64,000 nucleotides of DNA from NCBI GenBank assembly GCA_964016885.1, contig CAXHJY010001308.1, positions 1 through 64,000 on the forward strand. Direction: 5' to 3'. This DNA is from Eledone cirrhosa. Its lineage: Eukaryota. Position 1 is the first letter of the stretch; each line of letters opens with the position of its first letter. Shown here in pieces: positions 38,592 through 51,045 of the stretch. Under the pieces are notes generated by a model that worked only from the letters and a program-made list of their open reading frames with translations, was not told the DNA's origin and did no database searches. Position numbers and translations under genes: made by a program.

Positions 38592-38873
38592 TATAGATAA
38601 TTAATATAAAAGATGTCTGTCAATGTAAAAAAAGGTCCCTATTTACTTGAAATGGTTTATACAAATGCCAAATTAATATGGATATGGGTAACATGCTTAT
38701 CTATAAGTGGTTAGCTATAATAATAAAACAACAAATTATGACACAAAAATTTATTCAGTAATTTCCAGGCTCTTAGCCACTGAGTAATAGACAGTCAATA
38801 TTGCCCAAAGTTCAACTCGGGGAGGTGGCCTGGTTTGAACTCCAAATGGCGGATCCTTCTACTTCGAAAATAG

Positions 38874-40342
38874 TATAACAGAATACTAGTGTGTATGAAT
38901 ATAACAGGAGACGTGGTTTGTGTGTATAATATTTAATTAACAATTTGTGGTTATATAAAACAGTATAGTTGACATGTCAATGAATAGATGAAAGAATGAA
39001 ACAAAGTTATTAATTACCGTTTGGTTGCCAGGCGAAGACGCCTGGCCTAAGGCCAGGAGTCGAAAAGGCAAATGAGAGAGAGAAAGCTGAAAGTTATTCC
39101 CTTTATAGATGCTGGAACGGAAGTGACAAAAAGGGTTCTGTCACCCCAACGGGAAGCAACTCCAGCTACTTCCTGTCTAGTGAGCGTTACTCTATTGGTG
39201 ATGTGCTCATCACAACAAGGGAGGCAACTCCTGCTACACTATTTCCCGCCAGATTTTTAAAACATAAAAATCGAATGAAACATGTATGGAGTAAGATGGC
39301 GAGCATGTAACAGGCATGAATTTTACGAAAAAAATAATGTTTGCAATAAAAGGAAAACGGCAAAATATATGCATGCAAAAATCAATGATAGATATCAAGG
39401 TAGCCAACTGCTCTTGGCCAGAGAACGACTGGACATCTATCTATCCGTCACTCAAAGATACAATGTAATCAAAGTAGCAGAAGAGGTCAAAGTTCAAATG
39501 TTCAAAATAACAGTTCACAGGTGTGCAATCACATGACAGCAGGAAAGAAAGTGTGTTCCAGAGAATGAATGCAGGTTGTTTCTGGTCTGTGGTATAACGT
39601 GAAATTTCCAACCTCCGAAGGGAATTTCTCACAGGAAGAGTGCTGCAAAAATAAATTCTCTGGCTTGTTCTGCTGGTTTTGGTTGTTGATGAAGCTGTGT
39701 TGCTGTTGATGTTGTTGTCTCGCTGAGTGAGCGTATTCGATGTTGAAATTCACAGTAAAAATTTTTCAAGAAAAAATGAGTTGCGCAAAGTGCTAGAAAT
39801 AACAGCCGAAGTTGATGGTCGATGTTGAGAATGCGTTGACCTGGAAGGGTCAAGAGGCCAGCGACCAAAGAAATAAGCATTCTGAATAAATGCGCAGTTT
39901 TCAACGGCAAATTTACGTGGTAAATTTTTAAACCGGCAATTAGGAGAATATAGCTTAAGGCTGGAGAATCCTTGGCGAGAAACGTTATCTCTGGCGTGTG
40001 GTTATCTCCGTGAGTCGAGAATTGTGTTGCCTACACGTGCCAAAACAAGGTTAAGTTGAAAAAAAAAAATTTCTATTGCGCGAGAATGATAGTGCAACAG
40101 GTCGTTGGCAGCCATTTTGAAAAAATGTGTGTGTGAACGTGACAATATGATGAAAAAGAAAGAAAGGCTTCACTTAGTATAACAAATATGGCGAGTTCAA
40201 TTTCCTTTATAGATGCTGGAACGGAAGTGACAAAAAGGGCTCTGTCACCCCAACGGGAAGCAACTCCAGCTACTTCCTGTCTAGAGAGCGTTACTCTATT
40301 GGTGATGTGCTCGTCACAACAAGGGAGGCAACTCCTGCTACA
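38874..40342 (-). mobile_element. Non-coding LTR element (TRIM/LARD-like), copy 1
   Basis: ATAG 4-bp TSD on both sides. 3' LTR 38874-39238; 5' LTR remnant 40201-40342 (rest of LTR and PBS deleted). PPT CTGGCGGGAAATAG. Internal region homologous to about 48800-49700. Confidence 0.85.
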
Positions 40343-40454
40343 ATAGAATCGTTTTTCAATATTACTCTAGCCCTGGCCGGCCATAGGCGCCAAATTTTTG
40401 CCAGACTCAGCATATGATGAGGTTTTATTACCACCGCTATCAGAAGCGATAAAT

Positions 40455-40791
40455 TTGAAGGCAATTTCTACCAATACTTGTTTGTTTTTATTGCTCATTA
40501 TCGACAATAAATGACATTGAACAGAAATGATAACTCTGTCAAAGCTCACAATACTGATCAAAGGACACCAATGTCTGAATCATTTACGTCGAATATTCAT
40601 AACAGTGAAGGCAATTTCTACCAATACTTGTTGGTATTTATTGCGCAACATAGCAGTGAAAGCAATTTTTACCAATATTTGTTTGTTTTTATTGCTCATA
40701 ACGACATTAAATGACATTGAACATAAATGATAACTCTGTCAAAGCTCACAATACTGATCAAAGGACACCAATGTCCGAATCATTTACGTCG
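40455..40791. repeat. About 200-bp period tandem duplication at the truncated helicase end
   Basis: AAATGACATTGAACA...AATCATTTACGTCG occurs at about 40510 and 40710. Confidence 0.85.
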
Positions 40792-43700
40792 CTTATTGAT
40801 AGCATTAAAGATATGCATACATCAGCTCAAAGCTTCATTATAGACAATATTCAGGGTTGTTCCTCTGTTAGTGGTATCAATTGCAAATTTTATACCATCA
40901 GGATCGCACACTCGAGATGCAGCCCATGGCTGAATGCTGGATCATTCAAGTAGACACCGACTCACTTGAAAGTCTGATTATCACCAACGTGTGGCAATTC
41001 ATCGTTTCCCAACTACATCAACCATCGGCCGTTTGTCTCAGCCTCTTCGTTTTGCCCGAACATACGAAGTCGCGCATATTATCGTGTAATCGCAAAACTC
41101 TGAAAGGGCGTCACAACGGGGACTTTTTCAGACATGCATCGACATCTTTGAGCATTCCTAACAATTGGTAGCACCTGTCTGAAATCGCCACCAAGAACGA
41201 TAGTCTTACCACCGAATGGCAGGTCAGTACCGCAGATATCTCTCAAAGTTCTGTCCAATGCCTCCAGCAAATATTTGTGTGCCATTGGAGCCTCGTCCCA
41301 AATAATCAGAGACGAATTGCGTATAAGGCCCGCGAGTTCACTTTGTCTCGAGTTCACTAATGTTACAGACACTCAACTCATCCGGAGCCAATGAAGCTTT
41401 GAAGCATGAGTGGAAGGTCCTTCCACCACTCAGCAAAGTGGCAGCGATCCCACTGGTGGCCACAGGGAGAGCAATCTTCCTCTGAGCTCTGACTGCCGAT
41501 AACATAGTGTTGAAACAGAATGTCTTTCCGGTGCCTCCTGGAGCATCTATGAAAGCACAAAGTTGCTCATTAGTGGAAATCGAGTGGAGAACGCCATCGA
41601 CCAATTCTCTCAGAGATTGGGTCAACATTGGCATACGTTCATCCACAATACGTTGCTGTTCCAGTGGATCAAACTGGAATAGTTCCCTCCGATCGAGTGG
41701 CAACCGTCTAAGCTGCAATCTCATATTCAATGCTAAGACACGTTGCCGCATTTCTTCATCAGGAATTGGCAAATTGAAATCTGTTAAACATTTGAAATGA
41801 ACTTCAAGCAGTTGCTCAATATTGAGCAAAACAATAGCTTTCATCAAATTTTCATCATCGACCTGAAGATGATGCCTAAAATCATCAGCCATAATTCCCC
41901 AATGGCGTTCAAATAACTCTCTTGGATCGGCAGGATTGCAGAATCCTAGAATCGTGACAAATAACTGCCTTATTTGAGCTGGCATCTGTGTTGTTCCTGC
42001 AGCTTCCATGGCGTTATTCCATTCAGCGTCATCCTGAAGGAGTCCCAGATGCTGACACAGCCTGGTATGTTTCATATTCCACGCCATTGATTGTTTTCAA
42101 ATCAGCGAAGCTCTGTTTACCTCTCGAAAAATCATTATGCAACCTCTCGAAAAATCATTATGCAACAGAATTCGGAGATAAAACACATCACCAGATGCTA
42201 GATGGACATTACAAACCTGTCCAATAGTCATGAATCTCAACTTTTGTTTTCTATCATTCCATTTCTTTCCCTTCTTATCCCACGTATAGTGCGAAGGGAA
42301 ATCGCAGTAGAGTTGCCTTTGATCCGGGTTCAAAGCATGTTCCCTATTATGCTTGAACCACTCAGTCAATTCCGTCTTGAAACAGACCATTTGCCTATTC
42401 TCTAAGTGAATCGTCAATTTCTGAACGCTGGGTTTGCGTTCATTGAGATCAAAATCGAACAATCTCCAGCAAGCTTCGCTAGATCCAATCGAGTGAACAT
42501 CCTGGAACCTGCCAACTTCATCTCCTTGGTTCGCTTTCTCATTCCTGACATTGATCATTGTTCGATCATGACCTTTGTAAACATATTTGAATAGATATTT
42601 GCAAGCTTTCACTGAGCTACAAATTTCCACATTAATATGACAACGATATTTTATAATCAAATATGGATTGTATGGCACAACCAATTGATTTGTAACCTGT
42701 CGACCGTTTACATTTTCGACCAAACCGCCATCTGCAGGCGACCGCCTTCTGTATAAGGGATGAGCATCCCCATCGTTCCAGGAAGTGTTCGTGACAAAAG
42801 ATTTCGGAAAGTGCTTACTGCATTGGCCATTTTTCATGCAAGGCGATTTCCGATTTGCCACTCCGCATTGGATGTGCACCATTGACTTTGCCACCACGTT
42901 GCGTAGTGCCTCATTCTCCGGCAGTTCAACACACACAATGCTGTCGACATCCTCAGCACATCTCAATTTGCAATCTCTATGTAAAATGATCAGCAAATGT
43001 GCATGTGGCAATCCTCTTTTTTGGAATTCAATTACGTATGTGAAAGCAACTATACCTCCAAAGATTCCCTCTTTTCCCACATCATCCATTATCTTTTTCA
43101 GATATCCTTTGAATACTCTTGCCACAATATCAAGACGGTCCTTTGGCTTTTGTCCTGGCAAAAGTGCATCCTTAATATCAGTCCATTCAGGATTGCATGT
43201 AACCGTTATAAACAAATCTGGCTTTCCAAACTTTCTGACAATAGCCATTGCATCCTGATAGCGAATGCTCATATATCTCGGGCCGCCGATGAACGACGAT
43301 GGCAAAATGATGCGTCGACCAATTTGCTTGTAATTGGCATCATCGGCTGTTATCGCATCCTGTATATTATTATACAATTCAGCTCTGATATGTTACTGAT
43401 GTGTAGCTATATAATTTAGCCTTTGATTTTCGATCTTTGCGAATGCCATACAACAGTATTCCTGGAACAATCTGCTGGCTTGAAATAGTGCATTTATCTG
43501 TTGATTCCTCTCGTTCAAATGAAACGCGTAAAAGTCGCGAATCGAATTATTGTGTCTATTGCCACCTCCCTGTTGATGCTGATTCTCATGATCATCTAAA
43601 TGAACAGACATGTTCCATCCATTTTCACCTTTTGGGAATAAAATAACATAATGCAATGGATCGTATGCCCTATTTGACTCATTGATAGTCTTGAGACCAC

Positions 43701-44829
43701 CATCTCTGCGATTGAGGACGATATCTCTCGATCCAGACTTATCGTCCATCAACACAGCAACTTCACGAAATCCTTCAGGGGCATTATATCGCCGTTCGTG
43801 TTGATTCCTTGGCACTGCGTCAGCCTTAACCACCAATGTTTGCTGCTGAACATTTTGCAGTTCAGCCACCAACATGAAATCCATAACATAAGGATTACAC
43901 TGTCTAAGCCATGATTGCAAATCACGGATCAAATCACTTAACCTTTGCCGTTCAAGTTCAGTTATATTTCCCGGCAACTTCATCCAACTGATCCTGATAT
44001 CCTGCTCCGATTCACTATAATCTGGATCGTTAACGTAAATTTGAGCGAATCGAGGCCTCTCTCCTGGGGTAACTTCTAAATTACCGATACAATGATACAA
44101 ACGGCCTTGAATGACTACATTCGGTTGCCATGCTCCACTCTCAAACATCTCACTAACTCTCTGCGATGCTAAAGCTAATGAATTGTTAATTTGCCGCGTG
44201 TATTTGCGCAGTAATCTACCTCGGTCTCCTTGATCACCCCACATACTTAGTATTTTAAACTCCGGTGACTCCTCATCATCCGGCATTCGCAAGGGTTCTA
44301 GTTGAACTGCTCCTTTATGACAGCACATTGTGGTCCACGTTTTTTCGTGCCTCCAAAGTAATGCTCCACAATGTGGACACTCTGCTCGTCCACCAATCTG
44401 AAAATGACACAGTTGCCATCATCCATTTTTAATATCATTCGTTCGCCTTCTGGCCTCTTTACTGGAATGAGGAGCACTTTGGCGACACATTCTCTGAACT
44501 TCTGTATTGCGCTGGCGCTGTTCAGCCAGCTCCTCTTCATCCATCGCAGCACGCCGTTGCTGCTGAATTCTGGCCATCTGCTGATGATGCTCAGCCAGTT
44601 CGTCTTCAACCATCGCAGCACGCTGTCGCTGCTTGGCTCCAGTGTTTCGTTGGCGTTGTTCAGCCATCTCCTCTTCATTCATGGCGGCACGTCTTCGCGT
44701 CTGAAGTTCGGCGTTCCGATGGCGCTGTTCGGCCCGTTTTTCTTCATTGCTGGCTGCACGCCGTCGCCGCTGTAGTTCACTGTTTGATAAAGTCGAATTG
44801 CTTTTATTATCAGTATTCATTTCGAACAA
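40750..44829 (-). pseudogene. Helitron Rep/Helicase, fragmented
   Basis: Charged N-terminal repeats; CCHKG; YDPLHYVILFPKGENGW. Rep motifs FITVTCNP, VIEFQKRGLPHAHLL (HUH) and KYLFKYVYKG. PIF1-like helicase DAPGGTGKT, IIWDEAPM, GGDFRQVLP. The C-terminal helicase half appears absent. Confidence 0.95.
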
Positions 44830-44843
44830 TTGTCAAAAATTGA

Positions 44844-45503
44844 CACAATAATAAATCTAAAAATGTCCGTCAATGTAAAGAATTGTCCCTATTTACTCCC
44901 TTCACAACTCTATGTATGTTAGACTGACAGACAGGCTCACAGACAGATAAACTGCGTGGCGATTGTGGAACGCCACACACATACACGCATGGAAACGCGC
45001 ACACGTACGCAAACTTACACACGCACACACTCATACGTGTTGATAGTTTTTTGTTTCTGTGGAACGCTGCACGCACGCATACACACATAAACATACGCGC
45101 ACGTACATACACACGCACACATGTTAATAGTTATTCCTTTCCGTCCTCTCTTATTTCCACACACACACATGTCTCTACACTGACACATATACATAGTGTA
45201 TAAAAAATAACACAATAATAAATATAAAAGATGTCCGTCAATTTAAAGAAAGGTTCCTATTTACTCCCTTCACAACTCTGTGTATGTTAGACTGACAGAC
45301 AGGCACACAGACAGATAAACTGCGTGGCGATTGTGGAACGCCACACACATACACGCATGGAAACGCGTACACGCACGCAAACTTACACACGCACACACTC
45401 ACACACGTGGATAGTTTTTACTTTCTGTGGAACGCTGCACGCACGCACACACACATAAACATACCCGCACGTACATAGACACGCACACATGTTAATAGTT
45501 ATT
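44844..45503. repeat. About 365-bp period tandem repeat in Helitron 5' region
   Basis: About 44844-45135 is repeated at about 45210-45503. Confidence 0.9.
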
Positions 45504-45669
45504 GAACACAGCGTTCACACTCTCCCCTCTCACTCCTTCATTGGCATTATGCATATTACTTTCAGTTTGGCGTCGTTAAGTTGGGCGGAGTCGTTTGAAA
45601 CCTATGAACCAATGATAATCGAGAATTATGACACACAGAATACTGACATTGTTCAAATTAATATATAGA

Positions 45670-46167
45670 CTAGCAGAAACCCACCCGGTGGGCGGTTTTC
45701 TGCTAGCAAATCTAGTGTATATACTGATATTGTTGAGATTTGGATGAGAAATGTTTTCGGCACCACATGTTCACCGTCTCTCGGTGTGTCCTTTATGCAT
45801 GTATAAATATATATGTTATCTATACGGTGAAATCTTTGAAATAAATATATGTTAAAACGAAAAAGGAGAAAAAGAGATTAGTGACGGAAATATAAACGTT
45901 ATGATACATAAACGTTATGATATAACGATGGAAATATAAAAACGTTTACGATAAAACGATGGAAATAGAAACGTTTATATATAATGATAAGCCGAAACAC
46001 TCGTAAGTCGAAACACTCGTAAAGCGAAACGTATAAATAAAGATTAATGTAATGAATTTGAAAAGCATAGAGATTTGAAACCGCGTCTATTTGTTTCCTT
46101 GGCATTTTTTACAGACGGACAGACAGACAAACAAACAGAGAAATGCCCATTATATATTATAAGTAGA
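45670..46167 (-). mobile_element. Non-autonomous Helitron joined head-to-tail to the large Helitron
   Basis: A|TCTACTTATAATATATAATGGGCATTTCTCTGTTTGTTTGTCTG 5' end; CCCACCGGGTGGG hairpin then CTAG abutting the TC of the next element. Confidence 0.7.
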
Positions 46168-46327
46168 TAAATCGTATTTAATTGTATTTAAATTTCTAAC
46201 CTTATTTTATTATTTATATTTTTTCAATAATAAATTAAAAAAAAACAAAAAAAAATTGAAGAAAAAAATTGAACAAATCAAACGTAGGTTATGGAACTGC
46301 GCAATTTAATTAATAAATTACCTCATA

Positions 46328-46595
46328 AGCAGCAACCTTCTTCAAATGGTCCTTATTATCAGCAGCAACAACCACAAATTCAATGGCAACCTTCTTCAAA
46401 CCACAAATTCAATGGCAACCTTCTTCAAATAGTCCTTATTATCAGCAGCAACAACCACAAATTCAATGGCAACTTCAAACCACAAATTCAATGGCAACCT
46501 TCTTCAAATAGTCCTTATTATCAGCAGCAACAACCACAAATTCAATGGCAACTTCAAACCACAAATTCAATGGCAACCTTCTTCAAATGGTCCTT
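46328..46595 (+). repeat. About 81-bp nested tandem repeat (Q-rich reading frame)
   Basis: CCACAAATTCAATGGCAAC recurs six times; reads QQQQPQIQWQ. Confidence 0.85.
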
Positions 46596-46909
46596 GGCAT
46601 GGTGTCAAGTCAGAACCGCCTCGAACTGGTTACTTCTGGCTTGGGCAAGGTGTCTCTATAGCAACCAGCGATTCCCTCGGCGTCAGTGACCAAAGTCAGT
46701 GGAGAGGGGAAGGTAATGTTTCTATAGCGACAGTGTTTCTCTTGGTAGTAGCAAAGTGGAGAAAGGAAGGGAAGGTAATATTTCTGTAGCACCTACATTT
46801 GAGTTTTAGGGAAGGACAGACAGACAGACAAACAGAGAAATGCCCATATATTTCTGTGTGTGTATATATATATATATATATTACACACACAGAAATGTAT
46901 ATATATTTC

Positions 46910-46954
<45 letters not shown>

Positions 46955-47393
46955 CACACACAGAAATGTATATATATTTCTGTGTGTATATATATATATA
47001 TTTCTGTGTGTGTATATATATATATTACACACACACAGAAATGTATATATGTTTCTGTAGCACTCCTCAATTCCCCCTCTCTCCCTCCCGCTATCCCCCT
47101 CTTGTAGTCTGTCTCTTTCTTTCACTCACTCTCTCTACGCGTGCGCAAAAAACATTCGCACGCGCGCACGTGTTTCCACTGTCGGACAGACAGACAGAGA
47201 AATTGGTGGTTATATATTATAAGGAGATATAAAGGAAAGGGGAAGGGAAAACAACAAAAAAAGAAAAACAAAAAACACAGAAGCGGGTAGCACACATCTA
47301 GGACCAGATACAACAAAAGGCAGGCGAAAGGGGTGGACAACCGAGCCGCTACCAGAGTAAAAGATAACAGTATCGCGAGGAGCACTATGAAAT

Positions 47394-47705
47394 TTAATAA
47401 TTTTTAAGGCAAGCAAGCATGCTTGCTGCGTTACCTCGTGTGATAGCGAGGCTGATGCGCTGGAACATCCAAGCGCCCTCATGAGCTTCACCAGTTACCT
47501 CTGTTAGGCAAGTCGCCAGTGAAGATAGGAATCTCGCAGTCAGTAGCCCAACAAACATCTCAAACGCCACAGGCTGGAAAATGTAATTGGCCGACAGATC
47601 ACGGCATTTTAGGATTTTATTCCGTTCGGCTGCGGAAGCTGTTGCTCTCGCCCTAACCGCAGCATCCAGGATGTGGGAAGAAGCAAACGAGTCACCATAA
47701 ATGAA
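47394..47705 (-). mobile_element. CRE-clade non-LTR retrotransposon 3' end (restriction-like endonuclease)
   Basis: AAERNKILK...YIFQPVAFE...FQRISLAITRGNAASML. Confidence 0.8.
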
Positions 47706-47749
47706 AGGGCCTGGTGCAGAGGAGGGTAAATTGAAGCAGAGAATTAAAG

Positions 47750-50520
47750 ACATTTTACATTTGAGACAAATCTTCAACACTCTTTAAATCAATCTGATCC
47801 ATACTTTAGGTGATGTTTACTTTCTGTGAGTACCAAATTCTTGGAGGACTGGGTTGACAGTTTACCTATAGCCAATAATGGTGGCCTACTCTGTCTAAAT
47901 GAATTCTGCATCTCCATAGTGCTCAAAGTCAGAGCCGATGTTTTGGGGGAATTGAAATGTCAACGTGGAAAGCTCTGTAGCGGTTGTCTCCCTTGTTTTG
48001 ATTAGGATCTAGACGGGAAGTGGAACCCTTTCTGCAACTTCCGGTCAGAGCCCTATAAAACTAACAACTTAGAGCTTCCTCCCTCTCTTTGCCTTTTCGG
48101 CACCAGGTCAAGAGTCTTCTCATTTGGCTCTGCCATTAATTTGGCCAACAGGCGCCTGGCCTTAGCCAGGCGCCCTCTGCCAGCCGCGTTTGCCTGGCAA
48201 TCAAAACGGTAACTACTAACTTTGTTTCATTCTAACATCTATCTTTGACATGTCAAGTATTCTATCTACCGTTAATTAAATATTATATACACAAACATTG
48301 TCTCGTTTTGTTACATTCATACACCCAGTATCCTCGCTAAATTGGTAACCCTGACGTGATACGAACACGCAGCCGTTCATCGCTATAAGGGTCACCCCCC
48401 CAAAAAAAGAAAAAAATAGCACATCTGGTTTTGTGAGTAACATTACGAATACACAGCAAATTTAGCGACAAACTATGAAAATACTCAAGGACACGCACAC
48501 ACGCACATGTGGAATTCGCACAGACATACTTTTTCTCTCACGCATCAATTAACTGTCGCATTTCACCAATATATATATATATGTTTCTCGTTTCTTACAA
48601 CGAACACTTTCAAAACAAAAAAAACATTTCACGATATATATATATGTTTCTCGTTTCTTACAACGAACTCTTTCAAAACACAAAAAAAAAAAAAAAGAAA
48701 TTTGATATTCTTTAAAAAACATTTCAACAGGAACATTTATTTTCGATGAACCATTGCCTTTTGTTCTTCGTTTTCTTCATCGTTCAAGTTTTTTGTTTTT
48801 TTCCAAAGTTCACACCTATAATTATGCTGATTGAAGCCTTTCTTTTTCATCATTGTCACTTTCAAAATTGCACTATCATTTTCTCGCGCGTTAGAAATAT
48901 TTTTTTTTCAACCTTGTATTGGCACGTGTAGGCAGCATAAATTCTCGATTCACTGAGATGTCTCTACTCACAGACAGCCGCACGCCATTTATCACCAGGG
49001 ATTCTTCAGCCTTAAGCTATATTCTTCTATTTGCCGGTTTATAAATTTACAATGTAAATTTACCGTTGATAACCGCGCATTTATTAGGAATGCTTATTTC
49101 TCTGGTCGCTGACCTCTTGACCCTTCCAGGTCAACGCATTCTCAACATCGACCATCAACTTCGGCTGCTATTTCTAGCACTTTGCGCAACTCATTTTTTT
49201 CTAAAAAAAAATTTTTTTACTGTGAATTTAAACACCGAATACGCTCACTCAGCGAGACAACAGCAGCAGCAACAGCAATATAACAGCAACAGCAATACAT
49301 CAACACAGCTTCACCAAAGCCAGAGAATTTATTTTTGCAGCACTCTTCCTGTGAGAAAATCCATTCGGAGGTTGGAAATTTCACGATATACCACAGAACA
49401 GAAACCACCTGCATTCATTCTCTGGAACACACTTTCTTTCCAGCTGTCATGTGATTGCACACCTGTGAACTATATTTTGAACTTTGAGCTCTTCTATTAC
49501 TTTTACTTTATTACATTGTATCTTTGGGTGATAGATAGATGGATGTCCAGTCGTTCTCTGGCCAAGAGCGGTTGGCTACCTTGATATCTATCATTGATTT
49601 TTCCAAACATTCTTTTGTCGTAATTTTCATGCCTGTTACAACATTCTCGCCAACTTGCTACATATTTTCATTTCGATTTTTATACACTAAAATTCTGGCG
49701 GGAGGTTATGTAGCGGTTGTCTCCCTTGTTTTGATTAGGATCTAGACGGGAAGTGGAACCCTTTCTGCAACTTCCGGTCAGAGCCCTATAAAACTAACAA
49801 CTTTAAGCTTCCTTTCTCTCTTTGCCTTTTCGGCACCAGGTCAAGAGCCTCTCATTTGGCTCTGCCATTAATTTGGCCAACAGGCGCCTGGCCTTAGCCA
49901 GGCGCCCTCTGCCAGCCGCGTTTGCCTGGCAATCAAAACGGTAACTACTAACTTTGTTTCATTCTAACATCTATCTTTGACATGTCAAGTATTCTATCTA
50001 CCGTTAATTAAATATTATATACACAAACATTGTCTCGTTTTGTTACATTCATACAACCAGTAATTTCGCTATAGCTCCTTGATTCCATGAGTTTTTATGG
50101 ATTGTCATACTGTGTGGAACCTGATAATAAAGTGAACTTTAGCCAGAGTCTATATCCCTTCAGTTCTTGAGTCAGATGGATTGTACAGGGTCGATGGGAA
50201 GAAGCCCTTGGGCTAGAGGTAAATGCCTCGTTTGGGATACTACAGTTAATAACCCTCTTGATCCCCACAAATTGGATGTTGCATTGGGGGTGGGGGACAT
50301 TACATCCATAGCTAAATGGAATAAAATTGTGAAGTACGGTGATTATTGGTAAACTATTTATTTTTTTTTTTTTGCCTGTGGTATTTGGTAAGTGCGGGAA
50401 AGTTGGGCCACTGATAACAAGGGTTTATTGAAGTACCAAGTGATGCTCGTGAGGGTGCTTTCCTATCAGTCGCAATAATGCTATAAGAATCTTGGTCTGC
50501 CTCAAAAACATCAGCATTCT
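47750..50520 (+). mobile_element. Decayed CRE-clade 3' fragment split by the LTR insertion
   Basis: Before the LTR: LTVLPIA...LNEFCISIVLK...KCQRG. After it: PWARGKCLVWDTTV...KIVKYGD. Confidence 0.6.
47976..50073 (+). mobile_element. Non-coding LTR element (TRIM/LARD-like), copy 2, structurally complete
   Basis: LTRs 47976-48341 and 49709-50073 are near-identical; GCTC TSD; tRNA-Trp PBS 48343-48374; PPT CTGGCGGGAGGTTA. The 1.37-kb interior lacks gag/pol motifs. Confidence 0.92.
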
Positions 50521-50596
50521 ATGTTGTAGCGTGTATGTCTTCATTGGGATTTTTGTTTCTTTTGTAAATCATATCCATTATTTAAATTGTGTTTAG

Positions 50597-51045
50597 GACG
50601 GTAGATTGGCAGTATAATAGAGCGTCGGACAATATGCTTTGCAACATATAGCTACATCCCTTTACGTTCTGAGTTCAAATCCCGCTGAGGTTAGCCTTAT
50701 CTTTCATCCTTAGGGGTGGGTCGATAAAATAAAGTACCAGTAATGCACTGCGGGCGATTTATTCGACTTTACCCTCCTCCAAAATTGTTGGCCTTGTGCC
50801 TAAATCAGAAACCAAGGGCGGTAAAGTGGCAGTATCGGTTGGGCGTCGGACAACATGCTTAACAGCAGAGAGTTACAACCCTTTACCTTCTGAGTTCAAA
50901 CCCTGCCGAGGTTAGCTTTGCCTTTCATCCTTACGGGGTCGATAAAATAAAGCACCAGTAACGCACCAGGGTCGATATAATCGACTTTCCCCTTCACCCA
51001 CCCCTCTAAATTGCTGGCCTTGTGCCTAAAGTAGAAACAATTATT
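50597..51045 (+). mobile_element. Two tandem tRNA-derived SINEs (family A)
   Basis: Two consecutive family A copies. Confidence 0.85.

Larger units (their letters stand above)
38243..45669 (-). mobile_element. Autonomous-type Helitron (decayed), with nested LTR element
   Basis: 5' TCTATATATTAA at 45669 and RepHel ORF fragments. The motif AAAAGATGTCYGTCAAT...CCTATTTACT is shared at about 38610, 44860 and 45225. Nearest CTAG 3' end is at 38243; the 3' boundary is uncertain. Confidence 0.75.

Noticed and set aside
49066-49584. 172-aa ORF inside the non-coding LTR element
   Set aside because: The homologous copy at 39441-39910 is broken across frames, and there is no ATG start or recognisable domain.
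38874-50073. One giant TIR transposon bounded by the inverted LTR-family copies and carrying the Helitron
   Set aside because: Each copy has its own distinct TSD (ATAG, GCTC), so they are independent insertions.
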